From a virus, in IMG/VR virus record IMGVR_UViG_3300012139_000001, positions 1 through 32,227 of that record: DNA of 32,227 bases. One strand, given 5' to 3'. The notes under the pieces were generated by a model. It ran no database searches, had not been told where the DNA came from, and was given only the letters and a program-made list of their open reading frames with translations. The first letter of the stretch is position 1; each line of letters starts with the position of its first letter. Made by a program: the position numbers and the translations under genes. Shown here in pieces: positions 14,568 to 23,616 of the stretch.

Positions 14568-16604
14568 ATGGCAGGCGCGTTAACGCGAATCCGGGACACA
14601 CTCTGGCCAGCGCGGCCGGTAACCGCAGCACTACCCCCCAGAATCCCACAAGGCACACTCAACCACACCTTACCGGCTAAACGTGACACCGGCAGCGCGT
14701 GGTACGCGTACAGGCATGTTGGGGAAGTGCATTACGCGGTATCGCAGCAGGCGCGGCTGGTTGGCCGCGTTAATTGGGATGTTAAAATTGATGATCAACT
14801 TTTAGAGGCTGATACCGCGGAGAGTTTGTTATCTGAGTGCTTCGGTTCCGGGTTATCAGAATTATCTAGGCTGTGCGCTGCGCATCTCCTAGTATCAGGC
14901 GCTTATTATCTAGCACAGGGTCAATGGGCGGATGATCAACATTATGCGGATGATCTTGGCGGCTGGACGGTCCTAGCCTGCCCTATTAGTGGAACGAGTA
15001 GGCAGCAAGCGAAAACCGCGAGCGTTCTCATTCACGTGTTGAACGCTGACCCGGCGGACCCGTCGCAACCGGACAGCCCGGTGCTAGCAGCCGGTGAAGT
15101 GATCAGCGAACTCTTGTTAGCCCGGGCGCAAGCACGGGCGAGCGCCCGGTCACGTACCGCGCAATTACAAACCGTACTCTACCCGTTGGATGGGGTTGCG
15201 GAGCCAGCCGAATTCGAAGCGTCCCTTTTGGATATGATTAGTAGCCCGATCATGGACGAACATAGTGTTAGTAGTGTCGCACCTAATTTGATCGGCTTTC
15301 CGGGGGAGATGATCGATCAATGGCGAACCCTAGATTTTACTGGTCCGGTTGATGAGAAAGTCCAAGAGAAAATATCTAACCTGGTCAAACAATTAGCGGT
15401 GATCTTGGATAGTCCCCCTGAGATTTTGTTGGGCACCGGTGAGGTTAATCATTGGAGTGCGTGGCAGATTCAAGAGGATAACTGGTTAGGGCACGTGGAA
15501 CCGTTAGCGCGTAGGGTGGGTGATGGGTTCGCGCGTGCTCTCTCAGCCGCGGCTAATGTTGATCTTGGACGTGTGCAAGTGTTACCGGACCCATCCCCTT
15601 TGTTGCAGCGTCGCCCGTTAATAGCTGATGTGCTCGCCGCGTATCAGGGTGGTCTAGTTAGCGGGGAGTGGGCGCGCGCCCAGTTGGGAGCGGATGAGGA
15701 TGACCGCCCGACCCTTCCACCAGAGCAGCAATCGGGGGGTGTTGCGGTGATGCCGCCCACGCGTGTAGAAGGGTCGGGCTCTACTGGTGAGCCTACCTCG
15801 GTTACGGCCGCGGTAGGTGTTGCAGAGATCGCGAGGGGTGTTGCGGAGGCGTCTGGCGCGTGGATTGCGCAGCGGCTAGCTGATGTTGACCGACAGTTGT
15901 TTGACAGTGTTGAGGATTTGGTTACGAGTGTGGTTGAGCGTGTGCTCACCAGGGTGGGTGCGCGTGTCCGCTCGCGGTTGCAAGGTTCACCGGAAGCCCT
16001 AGCGTGGCGAGACAAGACGAACGCCGAGTTAGCGGTCATGCGGGGCGCCGAGTTGGCTGGTGACGCGGGCGAGTTGGTCGCCGGGCTATTAGTGGATCGG
16101 TTTGGGCGGCTGGTTGCGCGCGCGGTCTCACAGTGCATCCAAATACTGGGCGTAGGGATTGAAGCGGATGCGCAGCTGGTGGATGATGCGGCTAGCGGAC
16201 TGGTCGCTGAGGTTACTCAGATAATTGAGGCACGCCTAGCAGGTAGACCAGAGCAGCCGGGTCGTGTTTGGGGGGCGGTACGCGGGGCGTTGGCTATCGC
16301 CGGTGGGCAACCCCGACCAGTTAGCACGGATGAAGCGGTTACGGCGGCTATCCCTTTGGCGGGGTGGATCGGTATCGGGGTCGCACTCGGCGGGATTGTG
16401 GGTGCTGCGGTGAAAGCAGCGGGTTGGATAGCTGAGGGATATCGCTGGGTGCACGCGTACACCGGGGATCAGCCGTATCCGCCGCATCAAGCGTTGGATG
16501 GCCAGAATTTTGATGGTCTAGCGGTGAATAATTTTAGTCCTGGTGATCATGTGGGCTGCCGTTGCTATGCGAAACCGGTTTTAGTGTGGAAGGGACCCGG
16601 ATAA
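14568..16604 (+). CDS. Portal protein fused to a MuF/SPP1 gp7-like head morphogenesis domain
   Basis: The position after terL and the size fit a portal. The C-terminal end YRWVHAYTGDQPYPPHQALDGQNF ... GDHVGCRCY is the MuF-family signature. ATG 14568 is preceded by AGGGG and the 12-mer TTGTTGATCATG. Confidence 0.7.
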   Translation: MAGALTRIRDTLWPARPVTAALPPRIPQGTLNHTLPAKRDTGSAWYAYRHVGEVHYAVSQQARLVGRVNWDVKIDDQLLEADTAESLLSECFGSGLSELSRLCAAHLLVSGAYYLAQGQWADDQHYADDLGGWTVLACPISGTSRQQAKTASVLIHVLNADPADPSQPDSPVLAAGEVISELLLARAQARASARSRTAQLQTVLYPLDGVAEPAEFEASLLDMISSPIMDEHSVSSVAPNLIGFPGEMIDQWRTLDFTGPVDEKVQEKISNLVKQLAVILDSPPEILLGTGEVNHWSAWQIQEDNWLGHVEPLARRVGDGFARALSAAANVDLGRVQVLPDPSPLLQRRPLIADVLAAYQGGLVSGEWARAQLGADEDDRPTLPPEQQSGGVAVMPPTRVEGSGSTGEPTSVTAAVGVAEIARGVAEASGAWIAQRLADVDRQLFDSVEDLVTSVVERVLTRVGARVRSRLQGSPEALAWRDKTNAELAVMRGAELAGDAGELVAGLLVDRFGRLVARAVSQCIQILGVGIEADAQLVDDAASGLVAEVTQIIEARLAGRPEQPGRVWGAVRGALAIAGGQPRPVSTDEAVTAAIPLAGWIGIGVALGGIVGAAVKAAGWIAEGYRWVHAYTGDQPYPPHQALDGQNFDGLAVNNFSPGDHVGCRCYAKPVLVWKGPG

Positions 16605-17644
16605 TGGTTATCAATATTGAGAGTGTGCGCGCGCGGCAGCTTATTCGTCGGGTACGCGCTGTTACCGCAGCGGCTGGTGGCGAGCTGCTCATACACGGGT
16701 TATTGATCCCCTACGATCTACCTTCGGGGGATGGTCGGACGATCACACGGGATGCGGTCACCTGGGACCTAGGCGGCGAGAATAGTCCACCGATCCCCTT
16801 GTTATGGGCGCGTGAAGGGTCAGGTCATGAAGGGGCGACGGTCGGCCGAGTAGTGGAGGCGTGGGCGGACGACACCGGGGTTAATGTGACTGCGGTGTTG
16901 GATGCGGCTAGCACTGATCTGTTAGCGCGGGAACAGGTGGGCCGGGTCGCCGAGCTTGTCGAAGCAAGAGCGGCGGGTTGGAGCGCGGGGTTAGATGATG
17001 TGACCGCAGACGAAACCGCGGAAGGCGGTATGCGCGTTACCGGGGCGCGACTGCGGCATGTCGCGATTGTGGACACGCCCGCGTTCCCCGGCGCTTTCCC
17101 CCAAATAGGGCCCGCACCAGTGAACGCGAAAGCACTGTCCGGGCTCACGTTTCCCGCAGCGCATTTCGAGCGCTGGTCGAGTAAGGACCCGGTCGCGTTC
17201 CGTGTGGAAGCTGATGGTCGTGTGTGGGGGCATGGTGCTGGTGTGAGCGCTGGTCGTTGGCCGGGCCGCGCGAGGTTTTATCAGCCAGACCCGGATCCGG
17301 AGATGAAAAATTTTCATACGGGCACAGTGCTGTTGGATGATGGCCGGCATATCAGGGTGGGTAGTCTTAGGGGCGGCGGCCCGCACGCGCCCACCTCAGT
17401 GGATTTGGCGGGGAACCGGGCGCATCATGACGTCTCGACTACGGTTTGGGCGCGGGCGCGGGCGTGGGATGATGAGCAAGGCCGCTTATGTTTCACTGGT
17501 TCGGTGGTGCCCGGGTTACCTGCTCAGTTTCTAGGGCAAGTTGCAGGTTTGGGCCTTAGCGCTGAGCTTTGGCCTGTGCGGGGTTTATCAAGGCCTAGTC
17601 TTGTTTGTGCGGTGAGTGTTCCGGATCCGGCTTGGCCCGTGTAG
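16604..17644 (+). CDS. Capsid maturation protease (actinophage type)
   Basis: TAATG overlap with the portal gene. Segments VWGHGAGV, FHTGTVLLDDGRHIRVGSL, GPHAP and the C-terminal SVPDPAWPV follow the pattern I recall for actinophage maturation proteases. Position is between portal and capsid. Confidence 0.6.
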   Translation: MVINIESVRARQLIRRVRAVTAAAGGELLIHGLLIPYDLPSGDGRTITRDAVTWDLGGENSPPIPLLWAREGSGHEGATVGRVVEAWADDTGVNVTAVLDAASTDLLAREQVGRVAELVEARAAGWSAGLDDVTADETAEGGMRVTGARLRHVAIVDTPAFPGAFPQIGPAPVNAKALSGLTFPAAHFERWSSKDPVAFRVEADGRVWGHGAGVSAGRWPGRARFYQPDPDPEMKNFHTGTVLLDDGRHIRVGSLRGGGPHAPTSVDLAGNRAHHDVSTTVWARARAWDDEQGRLCFTGSVVPGLPAQFLGQVAGLGLSAELWPVRGLSRPSLVCAVSVPDPAWPV

Positions 17645-17718
17645 TATGCTGCTCGTGTAGTGCCCGTAGGACACTCCTCTGTACTGTCATTTAATTGATC
17701 ACGAGGGAGGTCCTTGCG

Positions 17719-19338
17719 ATGGACCCGTTAGAAATCGTTAGCCGCCTAACCAGCGAAGGGGCTAAAGCTCCGAGCACTGAGGACCTAAGCGCAGCCGCTC
17801 AGGAGCTACGCGTTGCATTGGATCTTGCTACTCAAGGGGATACTCCGGACCTGTCGGTTGCCAGGGATTTACGGGCCGCGCTGGATCAGGCGACCGGTGA
17901 ACTCGCGCAGCGTGCCGCAGCAGCGGAGCAAGCGCGCGCTGAGGCGGCGAAGCTCCGCGAAGGCGCCGGACTAGAGCAGCTGAGTGATGCACCAGTTGAG
18001 GATGAGCCGGAGAAAAAGGAAGACGAGCCTAAAGAAGACGAGGAAGAGTCTAAGAAAACGGAGGAGCCGAAAGCAGTCGCCGCGGGCATTACAGATGTGA
18101 TTACTCGTTTGCGCGCCAGGGCTGTTGCGGATTCGCAGCCGAAACCCGCACCACTAGTAGCCGGAGTTACTCTTAGGGCTATCGGCCCTGCAGCTGGCGT
18201 GGAGTTAGATCAAGCGGCGGGTTTCGCCCAATTGGGTCAAGTGTTCTCGACACATGCTAAGAGTCTCACGCAAGGCCGTAGCGCGATGGTTCGTCTTGAG
18301 CGCAGGTATGCGCCTGAGCGTGTCCTCGGGTCGAATGGAGACCAGAACACTTCACGGATCGAGCGCGTGCTGGGTCCTGACGCGCTGGCGGTTACGGCTG
18401 CTGGCGGGTTGTGCGGTCCTGGTGATGTGGATCATTCGCATCCTATTTGCGCGGAACAAGGCCGCCCAGTACGTGACGCGCTCGTTCAGTTCAATGCTTC
18501 GCGTGGTCGAGTAACTTTCGCGCCGGCGGCCGGGTTGTCTCAGGTCGCGGCGGGGGTTGGTGAGTGGTCGAGTGAGACCGATGCGGACCCGGGCACGCAG
18601 GTGAAAGAGTGCCCCCCGGTCGAGTGTCCCGAGGAAATCTCAGAATCGGTGGACGCGATTTACCGCTGTTTAACGATCGGGAACTTCCAAGCGAAGTTCA
18701 GTCCGGAGTTTTGGGCTAGCCGGCTCGAATTACTGGCGGCGGCGCATGACAGGGCGGCTGAGCGTAAAGCACTCCGGGAGATGGAAGACGCGGCTACTGA
18801 TGTGCCGGTGCAAGGCCCAGACGGTGGTACGCTCCGAAACTTTTTGACCGCGGTTAACCGTGCGGTCGCTTACGATCGAGACGCTAATCGGAACCTGACC
18901 GGGCGGTATAAGCTGGTCGCTGATCACTGGGTGCGTGATGCACTACGCAATCAGGCGATCGCTAACCAAGGGGTCGCGAATAATTTCACTGATCTACAAG
19001 CCACAGATCAGCTCATTAATAGCTGGTTGAACGGTGTCGGGGTTGACCCAGTCTGGACCTATGATGGTACTTATGATGGTGCGGCTAATGCGCATCGCGT
19101 GCTTTCGGGTCCCGGTGATTTCCCGGATACCACTTCGTTCCTCTTGTTCGGTGAAGATGCGTTCGTGTTCCTGGATGGCGGCACGCTCGACTTGGGGACG
19201 AGTATTAGCGATAGTGCGCTAGCGTCGACTAATGATCGGCAAGCGTTTGCTGAATCGTTTGAGAAGGTCGCTTATCGTGGGTGTGGTGCTTATGATGTCG
19301 CGTTTACTGTGAGTGATGTTTGCGGCTGCCCAGCATGA
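17719..19338 (+). CDS. Major capsid protein with N-terminal coiled-coil/acidic scaffold-like domain
   Basis: RBS GAGGGAGG lies upstream of ATG 17719. The N-terminal ~130 aa are Ala/Glu-rich with EDEPEKKEDEPKEDEEESKK. Later motifs AAGGLCGPGD, RGRVTFAP, KECPPVECP and FLDGGTLDLGTSISDS are recalled from actinophage capsid proteins. Confidence 0.6.
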   Translation: MDPLEIVSRLTSEGAKAPSTEDLSAAAQELRVALDLATQGDTPDLSVARDLRAALDQATGELAQRAAAAEQARAEAAKLREGAGLEQLSDAPVEDEPEKKEDEPKEDEEESKKTEEPKAVAAGITDVITRLRARAVADSQPKPAPLVAGVTLRAIGPAAGVELDQAAGFAQLGQVFSTHAKSLTQGRSAMVRLERRYAPERVLGSNGDQNTSRIERVLGPDALAVTAAGGLCGPGDVDHSHPICAEQGRPVRDALVQFNASRGRVTFAPAAGLSQVAAGVGEWSSETDADPGTQVKECPPVECPEEISESVDAIYRCLTIGNFQAKFSPEFWASRLELLAAAHDRAAERKALREMEDAATDVPVQGPDGGTLRNFLTAVNRAVAYDRDANRNLTGRYKLVADHWVRDALRNQAIANQGVANNFTDLQATDQLINSWLNGVGVDPVWTYDGTYDGAANAHRVLSGPGDFPDTTSFLLFGEDAFVFLDGGTLDLGTSISDSALASTNDRQAFAESFEKVAYRGCGAYDVAFTVSDVCGCPA

Positions 19339-19382
19339 TCAACCAGGGTAAGATCAACTAGTAGGAAGTAGGTTGGGTGGGG

Positions 19383-20810
19383 ATGGCTTTACCAACACCA
19401 GTTAGTCTTGATTGGGGGCCAACCCCACCAGGCCAAGGTCTCTTAGGCGTGGCGCGTCCGCTCCCTAGTGGGTGGGAGCGGGGTATATCGTTCGCGGATG
19501 CTAGTTGTATCCCAGCCACGGCAACAGGGATATGTCCGGTACCGGGGTTCACCGGCACGCTGCCGCAGTATGTTTGGTCGGGTTTTGACGAGCTTCGTTA
19601 CTTGTGCGCACCATCACCGCCACGGTGGGAACAAGGCGTTGAGTATCAGAGTAACGATGGTGATCTTGGTGACCTCGTCCAATTATCTTCGGGCGAGATA
19701 TTGGAGTGTACGACTAGCGGGGTGTCGAATAATTATGATGGTGACCCTGAGGTTGAACCGATTCCTGATGATAATGATGGTTCGGTTGGCACGCGGTGGG
19801 TTGAGCGGCGTGACGGGACCGCGGTTTGGCGTCGGGTCACTGATCACACGGGCAGCGGTGAGAGTGTTAGTCTGACTTTGCCCGGTCGGGGATCAGTGGA
19901 GTTTACTTGTGAGGATTACCCGATCGGCCCGAGTGATGATACGAAGTTTTTGGAGCGGGCGCGTGCTGCGTGGGGCGCGGATTGCGTGCCGGACGCTTGG
20001 GTTCAAAGTCCCGGGGGCGGTTATACTATCGGGTTTCGTTTGGGTGGTGCGTGCGCGGAGGATTTACCTTTATCGCCGGATCGGGAGCCTCAAGCGGATG
20101 AGCACACCGAGGTTAACGGGGATCCTGGGACACCAGGCGAAACACTAGAGTTAAAACCTTTGGGCCGTCCGGTGGAAGCGGTTTTTACGCCTGTGACGTT
20201 GATCATGAGTGTGGCTTGTACTGGTGCGGGCCGTCAGGCTGTGGAGAATCTCGCTGGTGCTGAGTTGGATCTTGCTCGGGATATGGTGTTAGCGGCTGAG
20301 TTGTTCACTGGTGGGACGTCGGCGCGGGACACACCACGCGCGGGGGGTGTGGCTGCGGGGAACCCGAGCCTGGTTGGTAGCGCTATCTCGGTGGGTGAGT
20401 ACGGGAGTGTTGCGCAGGCGGTCGGCTGCTTAGAAGAAGCTTTGCTGCGGGCGAATGGTGGTCGGGGCGGCGTGTTGTTCGCGTCTCTCGTGTGGCAAGC
20501 GTTTTTGAGGGATGCGGGTTTGGTGTGGCGTGATGGGGCACGCTGGCGCAGCCCTAGCGGTTTGCTGGTGGTCGTGTCGCCGGCGTTTGATGGGCGCGCA
20601 CCAGGAGCCACCGAGGCGCCAGCGCAAGGCGAGAACACGTTTTTGTATGCGGCGGGGAATGTTTGGGCTGGTATTGGTGAGCGCTGGCAGTTGGATAGTT
20701 TTGATCGTGCGGTTAATACGATTGAATCAAGGGCTGAGGATATTGGGATGGTTGTGTTTCCGCCGTGCGCTGTTTTTGCTGCGGGGAGTAGTCAGGTCTT
20801 AGCTTGTTGA
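19383..20810 (+). CDS. Virion structural protein; the C-terminal half looks HK97-fold capsid-like and there is one CBM5/12-like insertion
   Basis: The C-terminal pattern AVGCLEEALL ... LLVVVSPAFDG ... NTIESRAEDIGMVVFPPCAV parallels the HK97-family C-terminus (E.R..l.v..P.A). Residues ~84-151 carry the Trp-bounded module also found in the next gene. Confidence 0.4.
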   Translation: MALPTPVSLDWGPTPPGQGLLGVARPLPSGWERGISFADASCIPATATGICPVPGFTGTLPQYVWSGFDELRYLCAPSPPRWEQGVEYQSNDGDLGDLVQLSSGEILECTTSGVSNNYDGDPEVEPIPDDNDGSVGTRWVERRDGTAVWRRVTDHTGSGESVSLTLPGRGSVEFTCEDYPIGPSDDTKFLERARAAWGADCVPDAWVQSPGGGYTIGFRLGGACAEDLPLSPDREPQADEHTEVNGDPGTPGETLELKPLGRPVEAVFTPVTLIMSVACTGAGRQAVENLAGAELDLARDMVLAAELFTGGTSARDTPRAGGVAAGNPSLVGSAISVGEYGSVAQAVGCLEEALLRANGGRGGVLFASLVWQAFLRDAGLVWRDGARWRSPSGLLVVVSPAFDGRAPGATEAPAQGENTFLYAAGNVWAGIGERWQLDSFDRAVNTIESRAEDIGMVVFPPCAVFAAGSSQVLAC

Positions 20811-20847
20811 TCATGGGCACGGATAATATTAGGGAAGGTTGTTGATC

Positions 20848-22470
20848 ATGGCCGAACGAGGTTTCACACCGATACGCGGGCGTACCATACGGATTACGCA
20901 ACTGGATGATTGTTGCACGCCGCAAGCTGAGGGTGCGGAATGCGCGGTTAGCGTGTTCGACGCGTTCACCCTCGCCAGTTTTGAAGCGAATGTTGAAGAG
21001 GGGGAGACGCAGATCACTCGGAAGGCTAACGGGGATTTGTGCGCTAACGAGAGTGACCCGAACCTGCTTGTCGATCTTGGCGTGACCCTAACCCTATGCC
21101 AGGTACTACCAGAAACGGTTAGTCTCTTAACGGGCTGGCCGGTTGTGAGGGATAGCCGCGGGGTCGCGCAAGGTGTGGACGTGACCGAGGGTGCGAGTTT
21201 CGCTGAGGTCGCAATCGAAATCTGGAGCGGTGTCGCTGGCACCGCGTGTGGTGACGGTGCGGCGTATGGTTACACGATTTTTCCGTGCACTACTGGTTGG
21301 AGTTTGGACGGTGAACTGGAATATGGGGGTTTGGATACGACTTTCACGCTTACTCTGACCGGCAGGGCTAAGGGTAGGCACGCGTGGGGAGTAGGACCCT
21401 ATGCGGTTCAGTTGGATGAGAACGGTGATCCCGGTCCGTTGTTGACGCCGATTGTGCCTGGTGGTTTGGCGCGTATTGGTGTGACTGATGTGCCCCCACC
21501 AGCGAACACAGGTGGTTGCGTATCGGCGACGCGGGAGAATGGTTACACGTGGCCGCCTGAGGAGGACCCGATTGTTCAAGGTTGGCAGCCGAACACTGAG
21601 TATCGGGTTGGTGATCAGGTTCGGTTGAAAGGTGGGCAGATCGTCACTGTCAGCGAACCGGGTACGAGCGGGTCGACGGAGCCGAACGCACCGGAGGACG
21701 GGCAAACCGTGGAAGACGGGTCAGTGGTTTGGCGCAGGGATGATACGCGCGCGGTGTGGACTGCTGATGCGTATTATGCGAGTGGTGACCGTGTGCAGTT
21801 GAGCACGGGGGAATGGTTGACTGTTCGGCAAGCGGGTCGGAGCGGCACTACTGAGCCGGTCGCGCCCGGGCCTGGTGAAACCGTGTCCGATGGGGATGTG
21901 CTCTGGGAGCAGGATGGGGAGCGGAACCCTGATCGTGGGCAGTGGCAGCCGAACACTACTTACTGGGAAGGTGACACGGTTCGTCTGAGCACTGGTGAGA
22001 AGGTGACCGCGTATCAGACTGGGGAATCCGGTGATACTGAGCCAGAGGCGCCAGCTCCAGGCGGGCGAGTATCGGATAACAGTACGGGTTGGTCTCGGTC
22101 GAATAAGTGGCAAGCGTCGGAGCCGTATAAGACTGGTGACCGTGTTCAGTTGAGCTCGGGGGAGTGGTTGCAAGCGGGCAACGACGGGCGTAGCGGTACG
22201 AGTGAGCCACCAGCACCGGGACCAGAACAAACTATCCAGGATAATGAGGTGGAGTGGCGGCAGGATGCGGAAGATAATCCGCCTGCTGATAGGCCACGCT
22301 GGCAGCCGAATACTGCATACGCAGTGGGTGATGAGGTCGAGCTGAGCTCCGGTCAGGTTTTGCGGGTCACGGAGGCGGGTACTAGCGGTAACGATGAGCC
22401 GGTAGCACCAGGTGACGGGCAAACCGTCGAGGATGGGACGATAGTCTGGGAGCAGATCAGCGAAGGATAA
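20848..22470 (+). CDS. Structural protein: tail-tube-like N-terminal domain (~245 aa) plus five C-terminal CBM5/12-like repeats
   Basis: The N-terminus ERGFTPIRGRTIRITQLDDCCTP ... resembles actinophage major tail proteins from memory only. It is followed by five repeats of 55-64 aa, each W.PNT.Y..GD.V.LS.GE ... SG..EP.AP ... W. Confidence 0.45.
   Translation: MAERGFTPIRGRTIRITQLDDCCTPQAEGAECAVSVFDAFTLASFEANVEEGETQITRKANGDLCANESDPNLLVDLGVTLTLCQVLPETVSLLTGWPVVRDSRGVAQGVDVTEGASFAEVAIEIWSGVAGTACGDGAAYGYTIFPCTTGWSLDGELEYGGLDTTFTLTLTGRAKGRHAWGVGPYAVQLDENGDPGPLLTPIVPGGLARIGVTDVPPPANTGGCVSATRENGYTWPPEEDPIVQGWQPNTEYRVGDQVRLKGGQIVTVSEPGTSGSTEPNAPEDGQTVEDGSVVWRRDDTRAVWTADAYYASGDRVQLSTGEWLTVRQAGRSGTTEPVAPGPGETVSDGDVLWEQDGERNPDRGQWQPNTTYWEGDTVRLSTGEKVTAYQTGESGDTEPEAPAPGGRVSDNSTGWSRSNKWQASEPYKTGDRVQLSSGEWLQAGNDGRSGTSEPPAPGPEQTIQDNEVEWRQDAEDNPPADRPRWQPNTAYAVGDEVELSSGQVLRVTEAGTSGNDEPVAPGDGQTVEDGTIVWEQISEG
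21583..22467 (+). repeat. Five tandem coding repeats (55-64 codons) of a Trp-bounded CBM5/12-like module
   Basis: The repeats start at residues W249, W307, W369, W424 and W488 of the track ORF. They are diverged at the DNA level. Confidence 0.8.
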
Positions 22471-22494
22471 TCCCAGAGCAGTTGGAGGGGTCGC

Positions 22495-23274
22495 ATGGAA
22501 GTAGAAGGCTGGGAATGCTGGCCGACTCTTGCATGCGACCCCGACTGCGAAGACCGCTTAGACGGTTTGGGTGATGAGCTCCGCTTAAATGTGGAACGGC
22601 AGGCTGCGTATTGGTTGTGGGTTTTGTCGGGTCGCCGGTTTGGGGTTTGCCCGGTCCGTGTGTGGCCTTGCCGTGAGGTGTGCGATGAGCCTCCGGGTTG
22701 GGCTGGGGTGATCCGCGGACCAGGGCAGAGTCTGGTTAATCTTTCGTGTGGTGTGTGCGCGGGGGTTTGCGGTTGCTCGGAAGTGAGCGAGGTCCTTATT
22801 CCGCATACCCAAGCGGTTCGCGTGGTTGATCTTGGGGATGGGGTGACGCGGGATCCCGCTTCTGTGGTCGCTGTGTTTGATCACCGGCGTATCGTCAGGG
22901 TGGATGGTGGGACGTGGCCGGCGTGTCAGGATTGGGCTTCAGGTGGCAGTTGGAGCCTGACCGTTGACGTGGGGCATCCGGTGCCGCCTGGTGGCGCGTT
23001 GATGGCCGGCAGGCTGGCGTGCGAGTTGGCGCGGGCGTGTGAAGGGGGTAGTGGTTGCGGCCTGCCCGAGGGGGTGCAGAGTGTGTCCCGGCAGGGGGTA
23101 ACACTGAGTTTTCAGGATCAGCAGCAAGCGTTTGATGGGTTCGGCTGGTCTACTGGTCTCGCGGATGTTGACCGGTGGCTTAGGATGCTCGCCCAACCAG
23201 CTAAGGGTTTAGCCAGGGTGGTTATTCCGGATCGGGCTCGGCCTAGTGTTCGTTCTTGGCCTGTGAGCGTGTGA
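22495..23274 (+). CDS. Head-to-tail adaptor/connector protein (Cys-rich actinophage type)
   Basis: AAYWLWVLSGRRFGVCPVRVWPC ... CGVCAGVCGC matches the pattern recalled for actinophage head-tail adaptors. Position is downstream of the capsid genes. Confidence 0.5.
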   Translation: MEVEGWECWPTLACDPDCEDRLDGLGDELRLNVERQAAYWLWVLSGRRFGVCPVRVWPCREVCDEPPGWAGVIRGPGQSLVNLSCGVCAGVCGCSEVSEVLIPHTQAVRVVDLGDGVTRDPASVVAVFDHRRIVRVDGGTWPACQDWASGGSWSLTVDVGHPVPPGGALMAGRLACELARACEGGSGCGLPEGVQSVSRQGVTLSFQDQQQAFDGFGWSTGLADVDRWLRMLAQPAKGLARVVIPDRARPSVRSWPVSV

Positions 23275-23280
23275 CAGGCG

Positions 23281-23616
23281 GTGGGCGTGGTGCTGGATTG
23301 GACGCAGCTAGTGATCGCGCTGGTTGGTGGTGGTGGCGTGTCCGCGGTTGTTACGTGGTTGGCTACCAGGCCGAAGACGGAGGCTGACGCCGCGGCGGTT
23401 GCGAGTCGTATGGCGGCGGAGTGGATTGAATCGCAAGCCCGCAGGATCGCGCTACTCGAGGCGCGGATTGACGCGTTAGAAGCTGAGTCGGATGATCTCC
23501 GCGTGTGGTCGTGGCGGGCGTGGCAAAGGCTTAGCGTGAGCGCGCGGGCGGCGCAGGGCCCACCACCAGGAGCCGGGCAAGCACGGCCCAGTCCGAGCGT
23601 GGAAGGGACCGGCTGA
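23281..23616 (+). CDS. Membrane-anchored coiled-coil protein, lysis-associated
   Basis: GTG start. Has one N-terminal TM segment (WTQLVIALVGGGGVSAVVTWLA) followed by a heptad-like ARRIALLEARIDALEAESDDL. Its stop overlaps the endolysin start. Confidence 0.45.
   Translation: MGVVLDWTQLVIALVGGGGVSAVVTWLATRPKTEADAAAVASRMAAEWIESQARRIALLEARIDALEAESDDLRVWSWRAWQRLSVSARAAQGPPPGAGQARPSPSVEGTG

Noticed and set aside
15901-15906. TTGACA inside the portal gene as an internal promoter
   Set aside because: There is no suitable -10 at 16-18 nt and no downstream gene start.
20761-20880. An apparent 1-nt offset between my hand indexing of the printed sequence and the ORF-track coordinates in this stretch
   Set aside because: This is most likely my own reading error in C/G runs. 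ORF-track coordinates were used for all features here, and motif coordinates derived by hand elsewhere should be taken as accurate to within 1-2 nt.
21583-22467. Repeat modules as the variable region of a diversity-generating retroelement
   Set aside because: There is no reverse transcriptase, no template repeat with adenine-specific differences, and no accessory gene in the genome.
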